From assembly GCA_965221075.1 (NCBI GenBank), contig OZ244865.1, forward strand, positions 2,052,043-2,116,042: a stretch of 64,000 nt of DNA. Reading direction: 5' to 3'. Below are positions 8,307 through 17,817 of the stretch, one piece after another (the stretch's first letter is position 1; every line of letters begins with the position of its first letter). This stretch comes from Limisphaerales bacterium (GTDB taxonomy: Bacteria > Verrucomicrobiota > Verrucomicrobiia > Limisphaerales > AAA164-E04). The notes below the pieces were generated by a model, which saw nothing but the letters and a program-made list of their open reading frames with translations, had not been told where the DNA came from and ran no database searches. The translations under genes and the position numbers were made by a program.

Positions 8307-9566
8307 TCAGGACCAGGAGCGGGCGGGACGCGACAGGAAGCGGTTGGCCTGGGGATCGTCGACGAACCGTTCGGCCTCGGGATCCAGCCGGAGCTTCCTT
8401 CCCAGGATCCATGAGATGGCTGCGGCATGGCAGGCGATATGGGAGCTGCGCATCACCTTGTGGCTGGCCACCGGCTCCCTGCGTGAACGGATGGAGTCGA
8501 GGAAGTCGCGCGAGTGGGCCGACACGTCCAGGCCTCGCGCCTTCTCCGCCAGGGGGATGTCCTGGAGAAGGGAGGCCGGTTCGGCCGCTACCTCCCCCGA
8601 GTCCCCGGTCTCCACCCATCCTTCCTCTCCCTCGTAGCGGACCGGGCAGGTTCCCAGGCGGGTCTGGAAGCGGGGGGAGCGATCCCCGAACGGCTCCTCG
8701 AGGAAGTCCAGCACCAGCAGGAGGCCCCCGGCGTAGCGGCATTCGATCCGGTCTTCGAAGGGCTGGTACTCGACCGGCATGGTGTCGTCGGCTCCGGCGG
8801 CCCACTGGCACAGGTCCAGGGTGTGGGCTCCCCAGTCCAGCAAGGCCGCTCCGGAGTCGAAGTCCCAAAGGCCTCTCCACCGTCCCTTGACGTACTGTTG
8901 GTTGTAGGGCCTCCAGGGAGCGGGACCCAGCCAGAGGTTCCAGTCGCATTCGGTCCGCGGGGGCAGCGGCTCGGCCGGCAGCCACTGGTTTCCGAGAACC
9001 GGGGTGTAGACCGAGGCATGCAGGCGCTCGAGCCGTCCCAGACGGCCGCTGCGGGCCAGCCGTGCCGCCGCCTGGAAGTTGGGAACGCTCCTCCGCTGGG
9101 TGCCGGCCTGGAAGACGCGGCCGTTGTCGTCGATGGCATCGGCCAGCCTCTGGCAGGCGTCGATGGTGATGCCGCAGGGCTTCTCGCTGTAGACGTCCTT
9201 GCCGGCCCGGGCCGCAAGGATCGAGGCCTCGGCGTGCCACCTGTCGCCGGTGGCGACGAGCACCGCATCCAGATCCTTCCTCTCCAGCAGCTCCCTGAAG
9301 TCGCCATAGGCCTGGCAGTCCCTGTTGCCGTAGCGGGCATCGACCAGAGCCTTGCCGCTCTGCCGACGCTCCGCCTGGACATCGGCGATGGCCAGGCAGC
9401 GCACATCGCTCCATGAAAGCATGCCCTGCAGCACCCTGCGGCAGCGCGGGCCGATGCCGACGGCTCCAAGCTGGATGGTTTCGTTGGGAGATGCGGCGGC
9501 CAAAGAAGCGATCCCGAGCGCAGGTGGAGCCAGGGCCATTCCCTGGAGGAATTTCCGCCGAGTCAT
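8307..9566 (-). CDS. Gfo/Idh/MocA-family oxidoreductase with Tat signal
   Basis: ORF 8307..9641 trimmed to ATG 9566, where a twin-arginine signal starts (MTRRKFLQGMALAPPALGIASLAAA). Rossmann start IQLGAVGIGPRC. Family motif EKPCGITIDA. Confidence 0.8.
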   Translation of the reverse strand: MTRRKFLQGMALAPPALGIASLAAASPNETIQLGAVGIGPRCRRVLQGMLSWSDVRCLAIADVQAERRQSGKALVDARYGNRDCQAYGDFRELLERKDLDAVLVATGDRWHAEASILAARAGKDVYSEKPCGITIDACQRLADAIDDNGRVFQAGTQRRSVPNFQAAARLARSGRLGRLERLHASVYTPVLGNQWLPAEPLPPRTECDWNLWLGPAPWRPYNQQYVKGRWRGLWDFDSGAALLDWGAHTLDLCQWAAGADDTMPVEYQPFEDRIECRYAGGLLLVLDFLEEPFGDRSPRFQTRLGTCPVRYEGEEGWVETGDSGEVAAEPASLLQDIPLAEKARGLDVSAHSRDFLDSIRSRREPVASHKVMRSSHIACHAAAISWILGRKLRLDPEAERFVDDPQANRFLSRPARSWS

Positions 9567-9719
9567 CCAAGGTGGGGCAGACACCGGATCAGACTTCCAC
9601 AACGCCCTGGTCCAGGCAAGCCAACGCGTCGTTAACGGCACGCTCCCGGTCAGCGGGAAGGCTGCCGCCTCTGCCTATGGCTTGCGGAGAGAACCGGCGG
9701 CTCCTAGGATGCCCCGGGC

Positions 9720-10499
9720 TTGAAGGATCATCTGGCCATCGCCGACCGCATCTTCGATTCCCGGCTTCTGGCGGGGACAGGCAAGTTCAGCTCCCCGGAG
9801 GCGATGAGCAGGGCCCTGGAGGCCAGCGGCGCCGAGATAGTGACCGTGGCCCTGCGGCGGGTCGATTTCTCGGACCATTGCGATCCGCTCTCCAACATCC
9901 TGGACTTCATCGATCCGGAACGCTACCTGCTCCTTCCCAACACCAGCGGCGCAGCCGACTGCGAGGAGGCGGTGCGGCTGGCGAGGCTGGCGGCCCGGGC
10001 CGGGCTCCCGAAGTGGATCAAGCTGGAGATCCACCCCGATCCCCGCTACCTGCTCCCCGATCCGGTGGAGACCCTGCTGGCGGCCGAGAAGCTGGTGGAG
10101 GAGGGATTCACGGTCCTGCCCTACATCAACGCCGATCCAGTCCTGGCCCGGCGCCTCGAAGAGGCCGGCTGCGCCACGGTGATGCCCCTGGGATCGCCCA
10201 TCGGCTCCAGCCGGGGGCTGCTCACCAGGGACCAGATCGGCATCATCGTCGAGTCGGCCGGAATCCCGGTGGTGGTGGATGCCGGAATCGGGGCTCCCAG
10301 CCACGCGGCCGAGGCCATGGAGATGGGGGCCGATGCCGTCCTGGTCAACACCGCCATCGCCGTCGCCCGGGATCCGGTGCAGATGGCCACGGCCTTCCGG
10401 CTGGCGGTCGAAGCGGGAAGGGCCGCCTGGAACAGCGGCCTGGCCCCGGAATCGGCCACCTCCCGGCCCACCAGCCCCCTGACCGCCTTCTTGGACTGA
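9720..10499 (+). CDS. thiG: Thiazole synthase
   Basis: 259-aa ORF with TTG start. [12 protein letters not shown] near the N-terminus. Schiff-base lysine context [26 protein letters not shown] and VVVDAGIG motifs. Confidence 0.9.
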   Translation: MKDHLAIADRIFDSRLLAGTGKFSSPEAMSRALEASGAEIVTVALRRVDFSDHCDPLSNILDFIDPERYLLLPNTSGAADCEEAVRLARLAARAGLPKWIKLEIHPDPRYLLPDPVETLLAAEKLVEEGFTVLPYINADPVLARRLEEAGCATVMPLGSPIGSSRGLLTRDQIGIIVESAGIPVVVDAGIGAPSHAAEAMEMGADAVLVNTAIAVARDPVQMATAFRLAVEAGRAAWNSGLAPESATSRPTSPLTAFLD

Positions 10500-10501
10500 T
10501 C

Positions 10502-11509
10502 ATGTCCCTGGCGGGTGCCTCCTGCGCTGGCCCGATCCTGGAAGCGATCCCACGGATCGAGGCTCTGGTGATCGGCGACGTCATGCTCGACTGCTTCCTC
10601 TTCGGATCGGTGGAGCGCATCTCTCCGGAGGCCCCGGTGCCGGTGCTCAGGTACCAGCGGGAGGCGTTCATGCCCGGAGGAGCTGCCAATGTCGCCTGCA
10701 ACCTCGCCTCCCTGGGAGCGCGGGCTTCGATCCTGGGGATGATCGGGACCGACTCCGAGGGGGAACGGCTCTCGGGACTGCTGGAGCGGAGGGGGGTCGC
10801 GCCCCAGGGACTCCTGGCCTCGGAAGGCTACCGCACCGGGACCAAGACCCGCATCGTGGCCGGCCAGCACCAGTTCGTCCGGGTGGATCGGGAGGAGTTC
10901 CGGGAGCCGGACCGGGACCAGGAGAGCAGGTTGAAGGAATCCCTCGCCAAGCGGCTTGATTCGGCGTCGGCGGCGATCGTGTCCGACTACGCCAAGGGGA
11001 TGATCTCGGAGAGCCTCCTATCCTTCGTCAAGGCGGCCTGCCGCCGGAGAGGGATCTGGCTCAGCCTGGATCCAAAGCCGGGGCACCAGGTGGACATGGA
11101 ACGGGTCTCCCTGCTCACCCCCAACCGGACGGAAGCCTTCGCCCTGGCCGAGATCGAGGAGGAGCCGGGGCCAGCGGATCCCATGAGGGACGCAAGGCTC
11201 CTGGAGGCGGCGCGGATCCTCCAGGAGCGCTTCCAGCCCCGGGTGCTGCTGATCACCCTGGGAACGATGGGGATGCTGCTCTGCGCCAGGGGCCAGGAAC
11301 CCGTCCATGTACCCACCCTGGCCCGGGAGGTCTTCGACGTTTCGGGCGCGGGCGACACGGTGATCGCCGCCTTCACCCTGGCGGCCGCCGCAGGCAGCGG
11401 CTACGCCGAGGCCGCCGCCTTCGCCAACCTGGCCGCCTCGGTGGTGGTGGGAAAGCGGGGCACCGCCACGGCCACTCCGGAGGAGATCCGGCAGCTTGCC
11501 GCCTCCTGA
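10502..11509 (+). CDS. rfaE1: D-glycero-beta-D-manno-heptose-7-phosphate kinase (RfaE domain I, PfkB family)
   Basis: ORF 9413..11509 trimmed to ATG 10502, 2 nt after the thiG stop. VIGDVMLDCFLFGSVERISPEAPVPVL is the RfaE-I signature. PfkB motif FDVSGAGDTVIAAF. No adenylyltransferase domain. Confidence 0.85.
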   Translation: MSLAGASCAGPILEAIPRIEALVIGDVMLDCFLFGSVERISPEAPVPVLRYQREAFMPGGAANVACNLASLGARASILGMIGTDSEGERLSGLLERRGVAPQGLLASEGYRTGTKTRIVAGQHQFVRVDREEFREPDRDQESRLKESLAKRLDSASAAIVSDYAKGMISESLLSFVKAACRRRGIWLSLDPKPGHQVDMERVSLLTPNRTEAFALAEIEEEPGPADPMRDARLLEAARILQERFQPRVLLITLGTMGMLLCARGQEPVHVPTLAREVFDVSGAGDTVIAAFTLAAAAGSGYAEAAAFANLAASVVVGKRGTATATPEEIRQLAAS

Positions 11510-12054
11510 TGGACCGGAAAGCGGCATTCGTCGATCGGGACGGCACCATCAACGTCGATGTGGGCTACCTGGGCGATCCAGAGGGGCTGGTCCTGATCGG
11601 GGGAGCCATCGAGGGGCTCCGCATGCTGCGGCGGGCGGGCTTCCTCCTGTTCGTCGTGACCAACCAGTCGGGAATCGGACGGGGCCTCTACTCCCTGAAG
11701 GACATGGAGGCGGTCAACGGCCATCTCGTGGACCTGGCCGGAAGGGAGGGAGTCTCCTTCGAGAGGATCTACTTCTCGCCCGAGGCCCCCGGTTCGCCCT
11801 CGCCGGGAAGGAAGCCCTCGCCCAAGTTCCTTCTCGACGCCAGCAGCGAGTTCGGAGTGGACCTGTCCCGCTCGTACATGATCGGGGACAAGGCCAGCGA
11901 TCTGCAGTGCGGCTGGAACGCCGGCGTCCGCAGGAGCCTGCTGGTGCGGACCGGCTACGGGGAGAGGGTCGTCGAGGAGGGCCTGGAGGGCCTGGAGAAG
12001 GCGGTGGTGGTGGAGAACCTCCTCGAGGCGGCCCACTGGATCCTGGCTCAGTGA
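11509..12054 (+). CDS. gmhB: D-glycero-beta-D-manno-heptose-1,7-bisphosphate 7-phosphatase (HAD-IIIA)
   Basis: 181 aa. HAD motif I FVDRDGTIN. Motif II VVTNQSGIGRG. Lys in GRKPSPKF. Motif III MIGDKASD. The start overlaps the rfaE1 stop (TGATG). Confidence 0.88.
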   Translation: MDRKAAFVDRDGTINVDVGYLGDPEGLVLIGGAIEGLRMLRRAGFLLFVVTNQSGIGRGLYSLKDMEAVNGHLVDLAGREGVSFERIYFSPEAPGSPSPGRKPSPKFLLDASSEFGVDLSRSYMIGDKASDLQCGWNAGVRRSLLVRTGYGERVVEEGLEGLEKAVVVENLLEAAHWILAQ

Positions 12055-13181
12055 AGGCAGGCCAGATCCCTGGCCGGATCGATGTCCCAGTCCTGGGCCA
12101 CCTCCTCCAGCTCGGGGCCGATGGTCCAGCCGTCGGCCAGCTCCTCGCCCTGGAAGTCCGGACTGCCCCCCTTTAGCTTCATGCAGCCCTGGTTCGCCCC
12201 CAGCGCCGCGATCTCCTCCACCTCCTGCGCATCCAGCCGCAGCGAGGGCAGGCGGGCCAGCTCCTCCAGCTTCTCCTCGATGGACTTGCAGCCCTGGCCC
12301 GCTTCCTGGATCAGGGTCGGGACCACGGTACGGACCGGATCCTGGGACAGGTTCCAGAGGCAGGCCAGCTGCAGCATGGTCAGCCGGCGCCTTCGGGCAT
12401 GGCCCCGCATGGCCTCCATCTTCTCCCGGCCCGCCTCCACCCAGCCCTGGGGGCGGTAGTTGCGGTGGTCGCTAGCGGGGAACTCGTGCCCGGGCCGCAC
12501 GTCGTCGTGGAAGAGGCCTCCGTGGTCCACCACCCGGGTGATCAGATCCACCTTGTGCCTGCGGGCGGCGGGCAGCGCCAGCCGGCCCGGCCAGGGCTCC
12601 AGGGGGTTGAGTATGATCATGGCCTGGTCAATGAGCGGACCGAAGCGCTCCAGGCACAGGATCAGGTCAAGGGTGAAGCCGTTGGCCGGCCCCGGAGCGA
12701 TCCCGATGCCGCCCGCCATGCCCTCCTCCTTGACCGCCTGCATGCCCTTCCACACCTCCTCGCTGGTGTAGCCCCGGCGATCGGGATTGTGCAGGAGCAG
12801 GAGGTCGAAGCGGCTGGTCCGGCACCGCTGGAGGGACCGGTCGGTGGCGAACTTGATGTAGTCGGCGTACCGCGCGGGCTCCCGGAGATCCGGATGGGTG
12901 AAGCGCTGGAAGCCGCGCGCCCCGTCCCGGACGCCTTCGTACCAGTCGTGCCCCACCGCTCCGACCAGGCAGTAGGAGTCGCGCGGGTAGGATCCGAGGG
13001 CCCGCCCGATCATCTCGTCGGCCGCTCCCCTGCCGTAGACGTCGGCGGTGAGGAAGGTGCGGACCCCCAGGCGGTAGGCGTGGCCGACTAGGCGCTCCAG
13101 CCGGTCCTCCTCCAGAGCCTCTCCGAAGTGCATGAACCGCCCCCCGCTCCAGATTCCGTAGGCCGCCCTTCCCGCTTTCAT
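12048..13181 (-). CDS. Aldo/keto reductase family oxidoreductase
   Basis: 377-aa ORF. FLTADVYGRGAADEMIG and LLLHNPD motifs typical of the AKR fold. Convergent with gmhB, with a 7-nt overlap of the 3' ends. Confidence 0.75.
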   Translation of the reverse strand: MKAGRAAYGIWSGGRFMHFGEALEEDRLERLVGHAYRLGVRTFLTADVYGRGAADEMIGRALGSYPRDSYCLVGAVGHDWYEGVRDGARGFQRFTHPDLREPARYADYIKFATDRSLQRCRTSRFDLLLLHNPDRRGYTSEEVWKGMQAVKEEGMAGGIGIAPGPANGFTLDLILCLERFGPLIDQAMIILNPLEPWPGRLALPAARRHKVDLITRVVDHGGLFHDDVRPGHEFPASDHRNYRPQGWVEAGREKMEAMRGHARRRRLTMLQLACLWNLSQDPVRTVVPTLIQEAGQGCKSIEEKLEELARLPSLRLDAQEVEEIAALGANQGCMKLKGGSPDFQGEELADGWTIGPELEEVAQDWDIDPARDLACLH

Positions 13182-13464
13182 GTCGCTCGATGTCCGGTGC
13201 CGGCGCGCCTGCGCCGGAATCGGCGCCCCGGCGGCGCCTGCAGCCGAGCATGGCCCACCCCGCCTCCGCCCGCCAAGCTATTCTCCGGGCGCGGCCGGCG
13301 GCCGGCCACGGAGAATCCCGAAGGCCTGCCGGCCTTCCAAAGCAATGTTGCCAACCGGCCGCCATTCTGCTTGCATCCTCACGACAAGCCGGCCCAGCGC
13401 GCAGCCCTTCTCCATGGGCCGGGCCCGTTCAGCCCTTCCGCAGCCACCTGACATTCCAATTCCG

Positions 13465-15306
13465 ATGACCACCGCCACGCAGGGCCGGAGGCTCTTCCCG
13501 CTGCTCCCCCTTCTCCTCGCCCTGGCCAGCCCCCTGTGGGGGCAGAACTCCTTCCGGGATCTGGTCGGGCCGGTGGAAGTCGGCCCGGTCGCCTCCTCGG
13601 GCGCCCTCCAGGTCCCCTACATCACCTGGGGCGGCGACGTGGCGACCTTCCACGCCAACGGGGGGCTGAGCACCGCCTCCGGATCCCTCTTCCACGAGCA
13701 GGGGCTCGACCTCAGCCTGGTTCCCGGCGACGACTTCGTGGCGCAGGTGAGGGACTATCTCTCGGGCAAGAGCCCCTTCCTGCGGGGGACCTTCCGCATG
13801 ATGGGCATGGCCTCGGAGGTGATCGGCTCCGATCCCCGGACCAAGGGGGCGGTCGTCCTGCAGCTCACCTGGTCGGCCGGAGACCACCTGGTCGCCCGGG
13901 AGAGCCTCAGCACCATCTCCGATCTCGAAGGCAGCACGTTGGTCCTCCAGCAGGGCGGCCCGCACGTGGGGATGCTGGACGACATCCTCAAGACCGCGGG
14001 GCTGGAATGGAGCGACATCGAGGTGCGGTGGGCCTCGGATCTCACCGGCACCGAGGACTCCCCCGCCGAGATCTTCCGCAGCGATTCCTCGGTGGACGCC
14101 TGCTTCGTCATCTCGCCGGACATGTTCGGCCTGTGCACCGCCATCGGCAGCAAGGGGACCGGGGCGGAGGGAACGGTGCGCGGCGCCCATGTGCTGGTAT
14201 CCACCGCCGAGCTGTCCCGCTCCATCGCCGACGTGTACGTGGTCCGCAAGGACTTCTACGACGCCAACCGGGAAATGATCGCCAAGTTCGTCGCCGGCTA
14301 CCTCAAGGGGGCCGAGGAGGTGGTCTCCATGATGAAGAGCTACGAGGCGAGCGGCTCACGCCCCTTCGAGGACCTGCTGCGCACCGCCCAGAGGATCTAC
14401 GGCGAGGCGGTGCCCACCATCGAGGACGCCTACGGCCTGCTCCAGGACTGCGCCTTCGTCGGGTATCCCGGAAACGTGTCCTTCTTCACCGGCGCCGGAA
14501 ACCTGAGCAACTTCGAGGCCTTCCAGGAATCGGCCCTGGAGCTGGCGGTCTCCCAGGGCTACGCCAGAGAGAAGATGGGGCTCTTCCCCTCGGGCATGGA
14601 CTACCAGAGCCGGCTGTTCCTGGACTACCTGGAGATGACCGAGATCAAGCGGGAGGAGCGCTTCCGGGCCGAGGCGGTGCTCGACGAGATCGAGCTGCTC
14701 GGCTCGGGAGAGGGCCTGGACGACAAGACCATCTTCACCTTCACCATCGGCTTCGATCCCAACCAGACCGCCTTCAGCGCGGTTCAGTACGGGGCGGAGT
14801 TCCAGCGGGTGATCGAGGCGGCCGAGCGCTTCGGCAACGCGGTGGTGGTGATCCGGGGGCACGCCGATCCCACCAAGACGCTGGTGGAGCTGGTCCGTGC
14901 CGGAACCAGCAAGGGGATCCTGCAGCGCTCGGGAACCCGGGGCAGCTACCGCTACTCCCTGCAGGGCAGGCCCCTGCAGCTCGAGGACACCCCCAGGCTG
15001 GTGGAGCTGATCACCCAGGGGGCCTTCGACGGGGTCCAGGAATACAACCCCCGGGAGACCATGCAGGCGGCGCTGAACCTCTCCCGGAAGCGGGCCGAGG
15101 AGGTGCTCGACTCGATCGTCGAATACGCAGGGAGCAAGGGAATAACCCTGGACCGGAGCCAGATCCAGCCCACCGGAGTAGGCATCCGCGAGCCCTTCAT
15201 CTCCAAGCCCTCGAACATGGCCGAGGCGCGCCAGAACATGAGGGTAGAGTTCCGCATCATCCGGGTGCCGGCCGAGGCCACCACCGAATCGGACTTCGAC
15301 TTCTAA
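13465..15306 (+). CDS. Secreted periplasmic-binding-protein (type 2, NMT1/SsuA-like) / OmpA-like peptidoglycan-binding fusion protein
   Basis: ORF 13180..15306 trimmed to ATG 13465, where a Sec signal begins (MTTATQGRRLFPLLPLLLALASPLWGQ). N-terminal two-lobe SBP-like region. C-terminal OmpA-like domain (VVVIRGHADPTK ... NLSRKRAEEVLDSIV ... NMRVEFRIIRV) with a roughly 60-aa insert. Confidence 0.75.
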   Translation: MTTATQGRRLFPLLPLLLALASPLWGQNSFRDLVGPVEVGPVASSGALQVPYITWGGDVATFHANGGLSTASGSLFHEQGLDLSLVPGDDFVAQVRDYLSGKSPFLRGTFRMMGMASEVIGSDPRTKGAVVLQLTWSAGDHLVARESLSTISDLEGSTLVLQQGGPHVGMLDDILKTAGLEWSDIEVRWASDLTGTEDSPAEIFRSDSSVDACFVISPDMFGLCTAIGSKGTGAEGTVRGAHVLVSTAELSRSIADVYVVRKDFYDANREMIAKFVAGYLKGAEEVVSMMKSYEASGSRPFEDLLRTAQRIYGEAVPTIEDAYGLLQDCAFVGYPGNVSFFTGAGNLSNFEAFQESALELAVSQGYAREKMGLFPSGMDYQSRLFLDYLEMTEIKREERFRAEAVLDEIELLGSGEGLDDKTIFTFTIGFDPNQTAFSAVQYGAEFQRVIEAAERFGNAVVVIRGHADPTKTLVELVRAGTSKGILQRSGTRGSYRYSLQGRPLQLEDTPRLVELITQGAFDGVQEYNPRETMQAALNLSRKRAEEVLDSIVEYAGSKGITLDRSQIQPTGVGIREPFISKPSNMAEARQNMRVEFRIIRVPAEATTESDFDF

Positions 15307-15321
15307 GCCCCCCGCCCCCCA

Positions 15322-16275
15322 GTGACCAGCATCCTCCGAATCGTTCCGCTCGCCCTCTGCCTCGCCGCTCCCGCGGGCCTGGCCCAGGGCGATCTCCCCG
15401 GGACGGGCGCCCAGAGCCGCGACCATGTGGTGATCATCCTCGACGCCTCCGGCTCCATGGCCCAGAGGCTCAGAAGCGGCGCCGCCGAGAAGATGGCCGC
15501 CGCCAAGGACGCGCTCAGGAAGGTGCTCTCCACCGTCCCCGAGAGCACGCACATCGGCCTGCTGGTCTTCGGGGCGGCCAACCTGAGGGATCCCTGGGCC
15601 TACCCGCTGGGCCCGCGCGTCGACGCGGATCTGATGGAGGCCATCGCCCTCCCCAGGCCCCATTCGGGAACGCCCCTGGGCCAGTACATGAAGATCGGCG
15701 CCGACCGCCTGCTCGAGGCCCGAGCCGATCAGTACGGATACGGCACCTACCGCCTCCTGATCGTCACCGACGGGAAGGCCAACGACCAGCGCCTGGTGCG
15801 CCGCCACGCCCCCGAGATCCTCTCCCGGGGGATCGTGATGGACGTCATCGGGGTGGACATGGACCAGGAGCACACCCTGGCCGGCCTGGCGCACTCCTAC
15901 CGCAGGGCCGACGATCCCGAATCGCTGGAGCAGGCGATACGGGAGACCTTCGCCGAAGTCTCCGGCTCTGCTGACGGCATGAGCATGGAGGAGGCCTTCG
16001 ACCTGATCGCCCCCATTCCCCCCGACATGGCCGGCTCCCTGCTGCAGGCCCTGTCCAGCTCGGGCAACCATCCCATCGGATCCAGGACCGCCGCCCAGGC
16101 GCTCCCGCCCGCCGATCGGGCAGCCAGGACCGCCACGTCCCCCCAGGCGCCACGAGGCCCCGCGCCCGCTCCCCCGGCTCCAGGTGAAGGCAGCTCCAGG
16201 GGCAGCAACTTCCTGAAGCTGCTGCCGATCCTGATCCTGATTGCGCTGGTGATCGCCGTGCGGCGACGGAAATGA
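15322..16275 (+). CDS. von Willebrand factor A (vWA) domain protein with signal peptide and C-terminal TM anchor
   Basis: GTG start with signal LALCLAAPAGLAQG. MIDAS motif VVIILDASGSM. Pro/Ala-rich linker. C-terminal hydrophobic anchor FLKLLPILILIALVIAVRRRK. The stop overlaps the next start (ATGA at 16272-16275). Confidence 0.8.
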   Translation: MTSILRIVPLALCLAAPAGLAQGDLPGTGAQSRDHVVIILDASGSMAQRLRSGAAEKMAAAKDALRKVLSTVPESTHIGLLVFGAANLRDPWAYPLGPRVDADLMEAIALPRPHSGTPLGQYMKIGADRLLEARADQYGYGTYRLLIVTDGKANDQRLVRRHAPEILSRGIVMDVIGVDMDQEHTLAGLAHSYRRADDPESLEQAIRETFAEVSGSADGMSMEEAFDLIAPIPPDMAGSLLQALSSSGNHPIGSRTAAQALPPADRAARTATSPQAPRGPAPAPPAPGEGSSRGSNFLKLLPILILIALVIAVRRRK

Positions 16276-17816
16276 GCGGCAAGCGGAGCAGGGGCTGCCT
16301 TGTCGCCGCAATCCTGTGGTGCGTCCTGCTGGGCGTCCTGGCGGTGGCCTACAAGTTCCTGGTCGCCCCCTTCCTCGACCGGGAGCTGGAGCAGGAAACC
16401 GGCTCGCAGAGCCGCTACAGATCCGAGATCCGCCTGGCGGCCGACTCCTTCTCCGGCTACGCCATCCTGCGCTCGCCGGAGCTGCAGAAGAGGCTGCAGC
16501 GGGAAGGCGTCCGGCTGGTGGTGGAGGACGACCGTGCCGACTACGACAAGCGGCTGCAGGGACTGAGGAGCGGGGAGCTGGATCTGGCCGCGTTCACCGT
16601 CGACTCCTGGATCAGCGCCGGAGCCCGGGCCGGCGAGTTTCCCGGAAGCATCGTGATGGTGTTGGACGAGACCGTGGGCGGCGACGCCATCGTGGGCCGT
16701 CCCGAGGATCTGCCCGATCTGCAGTCCCTCGACCACCCCGAGGCGCGACTGGTGGTCGTTCCCGGCTCCCCCAGCGAGTTCCTGGCCCGGGTGGTGCTGG
16801 CCAACTTCAGCCTCCCCAGCCTGCCCGAGGAATGGTCCATCGCCGCCGAGAGCGGGGCGGACGCCCTGAGGCAGGCCCGGGACCTCCGCGGGGGGCGGAG
16901 GCACGCCTTCGTCCTGTGGGAGCCGCATGTCACCCGCGCGGTCCAGGATCACGGCTACCATGTGCTCCTGGACTCCTCCCGGATCCAGGGGTACATCGTC
17001 GACGTTCTGGTCGCCCGCCGCTCCTTCCTCCGGGACGATCCCGGACTGGTGGCCTCCTTCCTCAGGGCCTACCTGGGCGCCGCCTGGGAGTACCACAGCA
17101 GCGAGGGGGGGATGGTCCGCCTGGTGGCCGACGACTCGGGGCGCGCCGCCGGCCAGCGGCTCTCCGAGGAGCTCTCGGCCAAGGTGGTGCAGGGGATCCG
17201 GTGGAAGAACACCCTGGAGAACTACGCCCACTTCGGCCTCGAGGAGGCGGGCCAGGGACAGCAGCACATCGAGGACATCCTGATCAACATCGTCGACGTG
17301 CTGGTGCGCACCGGGGCCATCCGGGAGGATCCCCTGGAGGGCAGGTACCACACCCTCTTCTACCGGGAGATCCTGGAGCAGCTCAGGGACGAAGGATTCC
17401 ATCCGGCCGGCGAGGATCCCGATCGGGGAGCGGTCCGCACGGTCCAGTCGGCCGGCGCGCTCTCCGAGGGCATGTGGAGCCGCCTGCGGCCGGTCGGAGA
17501 GCTCAAGATCGAGCCCATCGCCTTCGTTCGGGGATCGGGAAGCATCAGCCCCTTCAGCCGCCGCCACCTCTCCGAGGCGGCCCGCAAGCTGAAGACCTTC
17601 CCCCACTTCTACCTGCGGATCATCGGGCAGACCCGGGCCGAGGGGGACCGGGAGGCCAACCGGGTCCTGGCCCAGGAGAGGGCCCGGGCCGCCGCCGGCT
17701 TCCTGATCGGGGAAGGGGTTCCGGAGGAGCGGATCCGCACCGAGGCCCAGCCCTCCGGCGACCGCAGCGGAGCGGCGCAGTCGGTGCGGTTCGTGGTGGG
17801 CCAGCTCCCCTACTAG
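16272..17816 (+). CDS. Membrane-anchored PBP-like / OmpA-like fusion protein (paralogue-type of 13465..15306)
   Basis: 514 aa. N-terminal TM CLVAAILWCVLLGVLAVAYKFLV. SBP-like core (IRLAADSFSGYAILRS ... LRSGELDLAAFTVDSW). C-terminal OmpA-like motif LRIIGQTRAEGDREANRVLAQERARAAAGFLIGEGVPEERI. Confidence 0.7.
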   Translation: MSGKRSRGCLVAAILWCVLLGVLAVAYKFLVAPFLDRELEQETGSQSRYRSEIRLAADSFSGYAILRSPELQKRLQREGVRLVVEDDRADYDKRLQGLRSGELDLAAFTVDSWISAGARAGEFPGSIVMVLDETVGGDAIVGRPEDLPDLQSLDHPEARLVVVPGSPSEFLARVVLANFSLPSLPEEWSIAAESGADALRQARDLRGGRRHAFVLWEPHVTRAVQDHGYHVLLDSSRIQGYIVDVLVARRSFLRDDPGLVASFLRAYLGAAWEYHSSEGGMVRLVADDSGRAAGQRLSEELSAKVVQGIRWKNTLENYAHFGLEEAGQGQQHIEDILINIVDVLVRTGAIREDPLEGRYHTLFYREILEQLRDEGFHPAGEDPDRGAVRTVQSAGALSEGMWSRLRPVGELKIEPIAFVRGSGSISPFSRRHLSEAARKLKTFPHFYLRIIGQTRAEGDREANRVLAQERARAAAGFLIGEGVPEERIRTEAQPSGDRSGAAQSVRFVVGQLPY

Positions 17817-17817
17817 G

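Noticed and set aside
9570-9640. Possible TPP (THI-box) riboswitch upstream of thiG
   Set aside because: There is skeleton resemblance only (GGGGCAG..GGAUCAGA....CCCUGGUCCAGGCAAGCCAACGCG versus GGGGUGC..GGCUGAGA....ACCUGAUCUGGAUAAUGCCAGCG). The near-invariant CUGAGA and the P4/P5 pairing are not reproduced. An Infernal scan with RF00059 is needed, and I would not call it from the sequence alone.
13330-13380. Sigma54-type promoter (as used by E. coli psp) upstream of the PspA-containing operon
   Set aside because: A TTGCA element is present (ctgcTTGCAtcc), but the nucleotides 12 bp upstream read GC, not the GG of TGGCAC. No PspF-like enhancer-binding protein is encoded in the window.
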